Origin: Mizuhopecten yessoensis
Lineage: Eukaryota
Assembly: GCF_002113885.1 (NCBI RefSeq)
Contig: NW_018406874.1
Location: 334,576-398,575 of the forward strand
Length of the DNA stretch: 64,000 nucleotides
Direction: 5' to 3'
Positions within the stretch are counted from its first letter, which is position 1. The number at the start of each line of letters is the position of its first letter. This document shows, in pieces, positions 52,201 through 64,000 of the stretch. A program made the position numbers and the translations under genes. The notes under the pieces are model-generated. The model was not told the origin of the DNA. It saw only the letters and a program-made list of their open reading frames with translations, and did no database searches.

Positions 52201-55200
52201 TACAAAACCCATGGGATACCAGACTATGTTATTTGTGATTTCAAACCGTCAGCGGGGTTTTAATACCAGACAATCAGCTATAATTTACATATAATCTCAA
52301 AATTGATCCGATGATATTTGATTTTGTCGAAACAATTTTCATCGAGTGACATATTTGTACTGGTTTTGCATACCTCCTTGAAGAGAGACCCCAGGTATAA
52401 CGCCGTCAGTGGGGTTTGTTCAGCGGGCTTCAGTACGATACAGTTACCACAGGCCAGAGCAGGCGCCACCTTCCACGTCATCATCATAACAGGAAAGTTC
52501 CACTGTGTATTAAAGTATCTGACATCATAGTTACATATAAAACATACCATTATCATGTAATACTTCAATTGACTTCGAATTGTGACGTCACTTTCATTTT
52601 TACTTCATAAGTGAAAGATAATAAGTTACAGGAATTTTTTGACTGAAAAAATAAGCACACCACGGCGTCTTTTGTTACAATACGGGCTCATATTTTTAGT
52701 GAAAGCTATTATTTATAATTTACATATTTTCATATTTTTCATATTTTCTTTCGGATTGCTCATCATACCGGCATGAGAATGGAAAAAATACACTTCTTCT
52801 CTTATATGCAATACAAACTGTTTTATTGGTTTTGTTAACACATTGGTATTCTCGTTGTATTTAATTTTAGCCAACTCAAAAAAGCCTATACGTATAACGT
52901 TAAATATGGCAATCGAATTTTAGTATTTTACCGGAATTATCTGTCCGCATATCCCGACTGGTTCGTGTCTCGTGTAGCAAAAGAAGGGTCCATCTAGAAA
53001 AACAGTTGATAGCTAAGCACTACTAAATCTTAGGTAATAACAGTGAGTCCCACGTACATTTATCTATATCAAAAACCTTTATTTTATGTCGCTATCTGTT
53101 TCATAGAAAAATGACGCAGATCTATACGTATGAGGGGTAATAACACTATAAACAACCACGGAATTTGTATTCCATGTACATTTTTAACAACTTAAACACT
53201 GCCTTGTGCTGTAAACGATTAATTCTCGTTTAACTTTGAAAATTCAATTTATTAATCAACTCCAATTAATCATTTACAATGAATAATCTCGAGGTTCTGT
53301 AAGTATAGATTCTCAAAGAAAACAAATACATGTCACACGAAGAGAGCCTACATCCCGAAGTAACCATGACGTACCGACAGGGATGGTCCTTCCCATGATC
53401 TTATCTGTCCAGCCAGCGTAGTACCGGAACGTGTTGATAGCCATCGTCATGTCGTTCATGTACATGTCTCGGAATGGCTTCCCATTGTCCATAGTCTCCA
53501 GACTCTGTCAATATCAAACAATATATCATAATTCTTCTTAATAATCCGAAATAAAATTACATACAATAGGTGCGTACACCCAAATACCTGCCAATTGTAA
53601 CGGTCAATTTATATATTATTATAAACAAAGCACGACAGATCACATGTGAAATATCTGTCTTTCTCAATCTTCTTCTTTTTACAATTCTTCAATATAAACG
53701 TTTGATGCTTTTAATATTCAGTTTTTTCAGTACACTTAAAACATGTGGTAAAAGTGCTTTCAATGTAAATATGTTCTCATATACAAATACCACTGCTTTT
53801 ATGTCATTCTATATTCAGGCTTTTTAGTAAATCTTAGCAATGTTTTACAGATTATTATTGACGTATTGGTTGTGTCACATTCCTGTCTCTCATATTTGTA
53901 TTGCCATATTTTTTTGTGTAAATATTTCGTGGAAATACTGACGGATATGTAGACTCTGTCCCGTTCCAGTAAGTCAGCCATCTTGTTCAGGAGGATGCCC
54001 CTGTGGCTGGCATTCATCATCCGCCATGGTGTGTTCGGCTCAAACGCTGCCTTGGCGGCTTTCACTGCCTTGTCGATGTCGGCCTTAAGGATAATACAAG
54101 ATTTGTCAAGTATAAATAGTGGTCCTGACGAGGTAAGTAATAATACTAACCATTACATGTACTAAGATAAGTTATTTAACTGATTTTTGTATACACTGCA
54201 TGTATAATTGGTAAATGTAGTAAACTAGTAGAATTCTAAATATCCTTTTTGATATTATGTTCAAAAAATTAGAAAATGTGGTGTTTTCCTGAAAATGAAA
54301 AAAAAGGGTTTTTGCTAATTTCCTCGACAATCCCTCAAAAACATGTAGGATAGTTCTTGTAACAAATGCTTATATTTAGCGTACAAGTGTCTCTGATTTA
54401 ATATATATCATATAGATTAACTAAATATTAATTACATTTTGTGTTTTCTAAACTATTTATGGTAAAACTATTTCCTTGTGAAATGATGTTCCGCTTCAAC
54501 ACAGTAGAAATCATCATTATTAGTTATAAAGTATACAAATAAAGATTTTCATGTTTAAGTTCACCATATTTATTTTTTTATGTCTTCGTGGTACCAGTTG
54601 TCGTCTTTCTATATTCATTGGTGTATTTTATATTTATAATTGACTACACTTGAGTTAAGGTATTACCTTATCACCCTCTTGTATACTGGCTATCTTTTCT
54701 CCTGTACTTGGGTTCAGGGTAGGGAATGTTTTCCCGCTGACAGCATTCACATACTCATTGTTGATGAAAAGCTGTAAGGAGACATACACAAATGTAGGTA
54801 AAAGGACCGCAATAAACCCATGTGTGTTATGGCACTTTTCATCCGTTAGGTTTGAGCCATTGAAGCTACACTTTGAACATAATAGTTATTCACCTTTGAA
54901 ATTTACCCGTGCATTTTACCGTAAGAAATTATGGACTTTAGATAACGGAAAATTGAGGAGGTGTAAATTTACACTAATCTTCGTAAATGGTACGTTTAAC
55001 TTTCCGTAGTGATACCCAAATTCCTGCAAGCGACAGTAGTTTTGTTTAATGAAACGAGTATTTATAAATCAATTCCATTAGATCGGGGCACGTTTGAATT
55101 TGAGCTACCAACAGGATGATTTCTATATAACTATATAACGTTTGTCGTCTAAAATACTTCTTGTTATGAACATTATAGTTTTACGAACCAATAAGGTTAG

Positions 55201-56545
55201 TAAAGATTTGAGCGGTCAATGTCTAGATACATAAATATTGTCAGAATCAAAGATTAATCCGCTAGAAACACCAACGTTGTAAAGAGATGTCGAAACAATT
55301 TTCAGGGGAGAATATACACAAGACAGTACGTTAATATGAACAAACAGACCGAAAGACAGATGCTCCGATTCAGAGATAACTATTTGATAAATAACATATT
55401 CAAAACTGTAGATATACGCTTTATTTATATTTGTATATTGACTTTGATAACAGGTTACACATGCTAAATCAGTGGCAACATTTTGAAATGCGTCGAATAT
55501 CAAATATGCTGATGCGTGTTTTAAGGGATGTTCTAATCAGAATTGTTTCGAGATCATGTACAATTCTGAGTATTATCATTATGCCACATTCATGCAATAA
55601 AGTGGGTTGTTTTAAGAAAACCGTAGTCGTGTTATAGACATCAATCAAAGTCGTATTGCGATATAGGTGATGGTATTGTAGATCGGTGTAATAGGCAGCC
55701 GTGTTGCAGGCATGATAGCATAAGAAAGAGAAGTCATGTACATACAGATGAGTAATCGTGTTGTTGAGATCAGGCAGAATTCGAATTTTCTGGACATAAG
55801 TATTGATGTTGTAGACATAACATAAATAAGACGTGTTGTGTTGTTGATGCAGACAAAAGATAAAGGCGTGTTTAAGACATCAGAAAGTAACTAAAGAAGT
55901 GAGAAGTTGTAGACATAAGTGGTGTTATTCAGATATTATAACCAGAATGATGCAACAATGGACCAGGAAGTGTTGTAAAGAGGAAAAGTTATAAAATACA
56001 ATTCGACATTGTCTGTCAGAAGCATTGTTCACATTCAATTCAGAACATAAAGGAACATGGACAAGTCGGCTACTAATGAATGACGTACGTATGTTTACAG
56101 ATCATTTATATGTGCAGTGCCTGAACAAATAAAGTTTCCTATATTACAACGTTCCAAAGTATAGTTTCTATCTTCATTATGATATAGAAAAACAGTAGAC
56201 GGTGTGAAAACCTGCTTACAGGGTCAAAACGATGACCCGTTACTTCAGAGGAAGGAAGCACAGAGCGTGTAGTACACAGGGATTTTCGCTTTGCATTATA
56301 AAGGTAACGTTACGATGTAATTTCAATAATAAAGAGCAGAAAATAAATATAAATGCACAAACATGCCTTCCTGGACAAAAATCAACATTGACCCATGTTC
56401 CACTATATAAACAAATTACTGCATTTTGGTTTGATAACGACGAGTATACTGACCATACATTCAATTAAAAATCAATGCATTGACTTACCTTGGTGTACTT
56501 GACCTTTGGGTTCTTGATAGGGTCGGGTAGGGTCATTCCTGCCAT
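46264..56545 (-). CDS. Aldehyde dehydrogenase, ALDH1A/ALDH2 class (no mitochondrial presequence), 14 exons, 497 aa
   Basis: Exons 56545-56489, 54771-54667, 54083-53943, 53504-53375, 52993-52932, 52502-52374, 52122-52009, 51903-51801, 51482-51298, 51070-50906, 50325-50168, 48501-48427, 48022-47983 and 46293-46264 (1494 nt). Motifs [46 protein letters not shown] and [13 protein letters not shown]. The last exon (VMLNPMTKL*) is the least certain. Confidence 0.95.
46597..47955. repeat. 14-bp minisatellite (aatataacagtagt)n in the last ALDH intron
   Basis: About 1.35 kb of this unit, containing a short inverted block and one n. Confidence 0.95.
48705..49876. repeat. 12/16-bp minisatellite (atcagtaatcaatcat)n in ALDH intron 11
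   Basis: About 1.2 kb tandem array with duplicated higher-order blocks. Confidence 0.95.
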
Positions 56546-56629
56546 GATGAGTACGGGGAAAGTATGAGCCTTTGCTGACTGGACACTAGGAGATGACCGT
56601 GTACTAAGCCTATCAGGCGACAGTCAGGA

Positions 56630-56638
56630 TATATATAA
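56630..56638 (-). promoter_or_regulatory. Candidate TATA box of the ALDH gene
   Basis: ttatatata on the minus strand about 85 nt upstream of the ATG at 56545; supported by position only. Confidence 0.45.
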
Positions 56639-59600
56639 CGAAAAGTCATGTGATCGGATAAGCCACCCTAGCGGAAGGATGCGTCAACACATCCAAGCGT
56701 TTCTGTGGTAAAGATAGCACGATTTATCTAAGCTAGTAGCTGATTATGAGTTAATATCAATACACACACGTAAGTTAGGCACAAGGTTAGCTATTTGATT
56801 TACGACTGTGATAAATGTTGAGCTGATGTTTTATCACACAACATACATTTTCTCCTGGAACAACTTTTGACGGCTATTCTAATCAGAGGTCATGCCTCGA
56901 TTTTGATTGCATTCCAAATACTTCACAAAACTAAAATGTCATTTCCATTATTCGTCATCAGTGAATACGTATCATACACTTGTTTAAGTTGATGGTTTAA
57001 TGTGACCTTATTGGGGTTTTAACATAAAGTATGACTTGTAAAAAAATGTTTAACATAAGTAATCGTCAATTATGTATGTAAATACTGAGAAGGGGGGACA
57101 TTTTCTCGTTGAGTAGATAAGCGCTAAACATCAACACGCTAAAATCAACTTTTTCATTATAAAGATTATAGGTAAATGGAATATGTAGATATCAAAACGA
57201 TTGCCAACGCGAAAATATCCACAACGCAATTAGTTTAATTGGCCACAACGCGAACATTTCCATATGCAAAGCAATTCACTTTTACATGATTAGACCTGAA
57301 GGGTTACATGTATGTAGACCTTATCTCGATCCATGCATAAATATGATTTATCTTTGCAAAGGGTGACAATCACTGTTAATGTTTGGATAAATCTTTGTTC
57401 TTCTAGAAGTAAATCAACAAGCCTTCATTTATGGGACAACGTGGCTATATTTCCTCTGGCTGATTTGTTATCTTAACGAAAGATCAGCAAATTATTTTCA
57501 TCAACTTTTACAGCTAATGCTTACTTTGAATTCTCGACTAGCTTCCTAAGTTTTAAATGTTTTTCCTAACATCGTTTATTCATTATTTTCTTTTGAAATT
57601 GTCGGTATATTTTAAAGAATTTGAGCAACACTATTTTGTTTACAGCAAATGTATTTCTGGTGTTGTTTTACTACAGCTAGATAGCTATATATAGGTCGAT
57701 GTTACCGGTCATAAAAGTCTATTTATTTTATTTTTTAACTTATTTTACTAATGACGATTTCGAAATTTTAAAAGTATAAAATGACACTGATGCATTTCTG
57801 TTTCCTATTCCACTTGTTTGAATATCCATTTGACTTTTTCAAACAATTTTGCAATTTTTTCTTCAGAAAGTTTTCTTGTGAACAATGTGCCATTGTCCAA
57901 TCGTTCCGTATCTTGATAAGTAACATTCCTGCTTCCCAAACATTTCAAGTTTATATGTAGCATTTTATTTATTTTTTAAGAGCTTGCATCGAAAATCATG
58001 ATTTCTCCGATAGCCTGATGTCGATTTCTTTCGGACAACTTACAACACAAGGTTTCGAGAGATGCAGTTTGATGAAGACTAAGCAGGTTTTATGGTGGTT
58101 ATTTCCATGTTCTTGGGCAGTATTTTACTTCCATGTGTGGTATGAAGGTCGATGTTGATTAATCTCATTAGTGTTTCTTATTGTTTCTTCATAACAGCAT
58201 GCAGAACCCTTCATAAACTATCACAGGAGACGTAAATACAAATGGTGATTGGAGGGTACGCAAAGATAGTATTCTTAAAAGAAAATGTTCGAACATTAAG
58301 TCGATTTATTTCAATCTCCATCAAACCTTTTCTCGGTTCAGTAACTTCAAAAGTGTTAAAACGAGGCTGTAGGATTTATCAGAACAAATGCATAAACGAC
58401 ACATCTATCCAACAGATTTTTGTTCTATCAGTTTATTCCGGTCAATTCACAGACGTTTTACTGAAGTTATTTAGCAAATATGTCGGAAGTTCACACTGGA
58501 CCAAATACTACTTATTGTGGGCATGGAGTCGATCCAGAGCCTAACAAGCGCTGTTTTGGCTTTGTTCCCTGCATAGAAAACAGCTGATTTGTTTTTCATG
58601 TTCAATAAAATCCAGGGTCTACGAATACAGTTTTCAGCCGATTTTGACAATGTCAGGGTAAAAGGCATTCTTTTGTTAATAGGTCATGAATAATACAATT
58701 TGAAGTATTTTTTCAAACGCATGAAGTATTTATTTAAAAACCAGATCACCAATATTACAATAAGGGCATGTCATCGCAATACGATTTGAATATATATGTG
58801 GGGATAAACTATTCTCCAGTGATCATTGGTGTTGCATAATGTTTATGACGGTTTATGAGAAAACTGGGCGATACTACAACGGTATTATCAGGTGTTAGTG
58901 TGACCCGTAGGGTCTATTAAAGTTTTGATCTATTGTGTTATACAACAGAATCGCCGCCTTTTATATTATTAAATACATCTTCTTTTATGGCAGGAGTTCA
59001 CGCCCACTTTTGAACGTGTGAACTATCAAGAGTATGTCTCGAAATCGCAGAGTTCCCTGCAGTATAAAACAAATAAAGTGTGGCACTAACAGAAATCATC
59101 TGTGCAAAATATTGGCGTAGAATTTGTTATACTTTACTAACGAAAGACAATGCATATTGCCATTGATGCTGGATCCCCTCTTTCCATGAGGCATCTAAAC
59201 ATCAAAGACGAGGGAGGAATTCAATTTTGATACAGAGAATGACGCTGCAAGCCGCTCTCCGAAGTTAAACTTCTGTGGTTTTTTTATCAGGACTCCGTTA
59301 ATACCATTATTCCGTTTTAATTTCTGCTTCTGATCTGTTGACTTCATCTATCCCCAGTCCCCGTACTCGGAGCTCAAAATGGCACAATCACCTTGACTCC
59401 CTCTACATACTATTCTTTCTTCCGTCCTCCACCCAATTAGAAATTATTTTAACTTACTGATATAGATATATAAAAACGAAAGTTTGCTGCATCCGTCGAG
59501 AACAAAGCATCATATTAATTTACATTACATATTAAAAGACTATCAAAAATATATCACATCACATTTTTCTTTCACTTTTTAAATACGATATAAATTGGGT

Positions 59601-60757
59601 TTTTTCTTACAATAAGTTTTAACAAAATTCTATAATATTTTTGTAATATAAAGCATTCTTTAACTGCGATTGATATATATAATAAACGCCCACCTCCCCG
59701 ACAACATCTCATGCGTGTAACATACATAATTTAAGCCTCCATGATTTTGTCGGCTTTCACAATTACAACATCCGTCTGTTCAAGGTTCAGTCGATGACTG
59801 TGAAACGGCTATCGATGCGGGATGTATATATCCGGTTAAACCTTCCAAATGTCAATAACGGAATATTAGGTGTCATATTTAGTTTTATTATCCTTGCACC
59901 TTTTTTTAGATCTCCATGCGATTTTTCCCATTTTTCATATGTTGCCATAAATTCATCTATATAGCAGAGAATAATATACTAAAAAACACATTTTTCCATG
60001 GAAATCTAGATTTATTCATATATAAATAATGTGTACAATGTAAATTGGTAAATCATAATCATGACATTTGTAATTCAATAAACCAAGTAAAAAGTGAAAT
60101 TCTCAAGAAATATTACATTTCATATTCATGTATAAACAGTCACAAAATTCCTTTCATACAATATCATACACTCCCAGTCAAAAATGAAACACATACAAAT
60201 ATTGTCATAATAACATTTACAGTAAATGCAAGCACAAAAAGTACTTGCAAGTTAGCATTATACATACAGTTAATTTCATCGTCTTGCAGCAGATATGTTT
60301 CATCATATAAAACAACAGGATATGAAATCAGTAATCAGGAAAAGAATAAAATGTCGCATGCAAAACGTAACACAATGTTATTCTGTTACAATTTTGAAAA
60401 ACAACTGTATCTTTATTTGGCTTTGTAAAAACATCTCAGGTTTTCTTGTCTTCAGCAAATCAAATAACTTTTACATTTTTCAACGCAATCTTCCATAAAT
60501 TAAATACAAAGCACTTAACAATGTAAATTGTGTCCGTTGAGTAAGAATATAACTCTCTTGATCCATCCCAACCATCCCTATCACTTTGTCTTATGTGACA
60601 TTTCCGATAGTTGACACTTGTTGTCAAATGTGTTTAATTTTAACACCAACCTATCGTCCAAGGTTGTTACTGTCTATTTTATTATATTCCAAAAGTTATT
60701 TTTTTCCCCATTTTAGGTTTTGTAGTAAACTTCTAATGTTCACGTTTCCTTGTTGAT

Positions 60758-63700
60758 CTATTTCTTCTCAGTGGCTGCTGGTGGCTTAGACCCCTCTGTA
60801 GGTTCGCGCACCATGTTCAGCAGTTTGTCCAGCTTGGCGATCTCCAGTTGTTCCCTCTGGGCAGGGTCCATAGCAGGCTGGCCCTTCTTCTCCTACAAAT
60901 CACGGAAAATTACAGTCAGAAATGTTACGATTCCACACATGTCTTTTCAGTAAACAGTTGTGTTATATAACTCATCATACTACAGCATGAATGACAGTGT
61001 TACTACAGATAACAACTAGTGTGCCTGTTCACCTTTAAAATAAAGTGATTAGTAAAGAGTTAAGAGCGATTATAATAAGTTATAACAGACACAAATCTAC
61101 TTTTACAAATTACTTCATGATGCACATTTTGATACACGAACGAAAAGATATATGTTAGGCATTACATATTCACGAAAATTACAATGTATATATGATAGGT
61201 GTTACATATTCGCAAGACAAAATTAGAGGTTAAAATACATTTAACAAGTTTAAGAATATTGATAAAGAAAACATCCAGGTGTATGTCCTCTCTGCCATAT
61301 GTTAATTCACAAATGATCGTTTGGTTAAATAATGCTTACAAATTAATCATATAATGAAAATAATCAATTCTTTACACTTATAATATATATATTTCATAGG
61401 TCCAAATATGGTATCCATAAAAACTAGTAGCATTACAGCTGACCATCATGTGAATTTATATGGAGACAGTTGTACGTTATTCCCACAAAACATAAAATGT
61501 GTGTGCGGAGATAATGTGGCAATGAATATAATAAAAAAACTCATCAACCAACACACACGATTTATGTATGTAGATCTCACACAAGCACATACATCAGTAT
61601 CAAATAGATACTCAGGTGATGAGATCCATTCCCATTCACCAAAAGCTTTTGTTAAAGTTGGACTTTTGTAGCAATTAAAGTTTCCATCATCATATCAGTA
61701 CTACGTAACCTTATACCTGAACATATCTACTACCACATGATATCTACACTAATACAAGAGAATGGATTTTTCAGAGTATATCAACTTATTTAATATTTGA
61801 TATTTATTTATTCTTTAAAGTATGAAAACAAAAACGGTTCTTAAGTCATTATTCAACGTATATTGATTCATTCTTCAGTAAAGATAGTATTCTTCAATGT
61901 ATGATCAAAAACGTTTTGTTATAAAGTTTCAAAAATAACTTATTTTCAAACTTTGAATTTACAATAATTTGAGTATGGAAATGCATGTGTTTGGCAGCAG
62001 CTGTTCTTTGTGATAGGCAGTTGTTCTTTGTGATAGTAGCCAAGTTAATTTTTCTGTATGATTGTACATAAATGTTGAAAACCATTATCAAATCGGTGTT
62101 TAAATTCAAAATGATCAAAATCAAACCAGACGAAATTAAATTGGTAAATTATTAGTTTTAAATTAAAGTAAACCTTGATGAAATCTTAAAATCAATTTGA
62201 TTATTTTCAATGTTGACATCCAGTCTTACAATGTTATGTCTTACTTGTATCCAAAAATGTGAATGCGGTAATAAGATGAGACACAACGACGAATGTTCGA
62301 TATAGGTGAAATTATTTATAGCCCTAGATCTGTTAAATCTCTCACATCAATGTGCTGTAATAAAGTTTGATAAAGCTGTGCATTATATGTGATAGTGTCA
62401 ATCATACGGATGTGCAGTACATTGTATCAAATCGAAAATGTTTTCAAAATAGGATTGAAATTTCAATAAATTTGAAATGTGTTGTGTAAAAATTTGAATG
62501 CAAGATTGAGACATATACGATAAAGATATGCCAATATTGGAATGGTCCAGTGGCACTGTGCTGGAGAAAAGAAAGCTCTGGTAATCATGAAATACCAGTC
62601 ACAACTCACACACAGAGATACTAGTAATAAAACTCTTAATGCGTTTTCATTTAACTCTGGATCCTCTAAATAGAAATGCTTGAAAAATAACACAACAGAA
62701 AGTCAATGTTTAGAACAATGCACCAGTGTTACATAACACACCAGTGTTTCATAACATAGGTGTTTAGAAAACAATTGTATTTATGATTTCAATTCTAAAT
62801 CTAAAAAATATATATAATAAGGGGAAATAATAGCAGAAATTAGTGTATTGACCTATGGCAGAATCAGTTATTCATTGAATTTTTGTTTACTAGTGCATGA
62901 AACATGTATATTATACAGACCATTCAAGAAATACATACATAAATTAAATTCATACTCTGATTAGGGCTTTTCCTGACACAAACATAGGGGATGGAGCAGG
63001 GAGACCTTGTTGTATCACTGTATATCACTCAATATATACCCCCCCCCCCCCCCCCCCTCACTTCATTCTCTAGCAGTAATTCAGACCCCTAAGCACTTTA
63101 TGTGGTTTAGAGTGTCTCACTCTACATGAGATCTGGAATAGCCCTTAGCATCTTCGATAGCCAAGGGTTACGATCCTGGACGATCAAGGAAGACAGGATC
63201 ATACAGGATCGTAACCTTTGCCTAGCAAAGATGAGCCCTTAGATAATCAGTGATATAATAAACAAACATATATATATATATAATAAAAAGTGATTAAATG
63301 TCCATGTGAAGGAAGTAAATATAGAAAAAATAAAATTAATGTTTTTTAGTCGGTCGTTAATTTTATTTTTTCTATATATATATATGTATACTCTAGCTAA
63401 CACAATGTGTTTACCATCAACAGCAGTGAGACAATGACCCACGGACATGATAACATTGAGGTGTACACATTGACAATGTAGTAAGTACCTACTACCAAAC
63501 TACTTCCTGTGAGATCACTGTCTCATCACACACAACAAATAAACCATGTCACAAGCACGCACTCACAGTGCTGACATACATACATTTACTAATAAACATA
63601 CATTTACTAATAAACGTTTAACAAGTATGAAGGAGAGATGTATGGGCCCCTATTCAGGGACTGAGATTAGTACAACAAGAATAATGGTTATACACATGAT

Positions 63701-63981
63701 ACAGTTTAGTTAATTACGTGTTTATTATTACAACCACTGCAAAGAAAAAAATATCTTTTATAAATCGTTCTGTACATTTTTTTTATTTTATGTATGTGAC
63801 CAAAGTTTAGATTTTTCAGATTATTGATTCATTAATTATCAATGAATGAATTTAAACAGTTAAAATTACATTCAATTTTCAATATTTCAATAAGAAATAC
63901 AGAAATGAGAAAACAACATTGAAACTTACCTTTGGCATCTTCTTGAGATTTGGTGACAATTTCAAACTTGTAACATTACCC
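60758..63981 (-). CDS. DNAI1: Dynein axonemal intermediate chain 1, last two exons (gene continues beyond the window)
   Basis: Exons 63981-63930 (GNVTSLKLSPNLKKMPK) and 60892-60758 (EKKGQ...EIAKLDKLLNMVREP...KK*) match the DNAI1 C-terminus SLKLSPNLRKMPKEKKGQ...EIAKLDKLLNLVRE. Confidence 0.9.
63149..63233. mobile_element. 85-bp hairpin element with a perfect 9-bp TSD agcccttag
   Basis: catctt..tagccaagggttacgatcctg...caggatcgtaacctttgcctagcaaagatg; agcccttag at 63140-63148 and 63234-63242. Confidence 0.75.
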
Positions 63982-64000
63982 CTGAAATTTAAAAAAAAAT

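Noticed and set aside
54865-55011. CACTA element (right end reads CACTACGGAAA on the minus strand)
   Set aside because: No convincing matching left TIR or TSD.
57900-58700. Possible decayed transposase or other coding remnant
   Set aside because: The composition looks coding-like on the minus strand, but I could not identify any family motif.
61709-61722. Alternative micro or terminal exon in the DNAI1 last intron (cag|gtataag|gt)
   Set aside because: Weak pyrimidine tract; the two flanking exons already join in frame to the conserved C-terminus.

Overview
AT-rich eukaryotic genomic DNA with spliceosomal GT-AG introns and a 646-nt N gap at 38261-38906. The transposon content suggests a marine invertebrate, probably a bivalve mollusc (inference). 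Genes reconstructed by hand, left to right: a 10-exon glucose-6-phosphate 1-epimerase (+, 762-9164) ending in a canonical PTS1 (-AKL); a tandem minus-strand cluster of single-coding-exon LicD/fukutin-family phosphotransferases, made up of two intact genes (16758-17576, 25643-26803) and two decayed paralogues (about 11140-12280 and 12730-13440); PMF1/Nnf1 (-, 5 exons) head-to-head with FKRP (+, 40477-42099); a 14-exon ALDH1-type aldehyde dehydrogenase (-) ending in -TKL; and the last two exons of DNAI1 (-). A young Mutator-superfamily element (about 400-bp TIRs, 9-bp TSD, Ulp1-like protease ORF) sits in the short shared PMF1-FKRP promoter, so both genes now have the same TIR upstream. PMF1 intron 1 holds a miniature LTR retroelement whose LTRs contain a tRNA-like sequence, plus a stack of nested foldback MITEs. 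Several minisatellites are present. The best candidate for an undescribed system is the birth-and-death LicD cluster beside FKRP, which may encode Golgi enzymes that add zwitterionic phosphodiesters to invertebrate glycans; this is a hypothesis.
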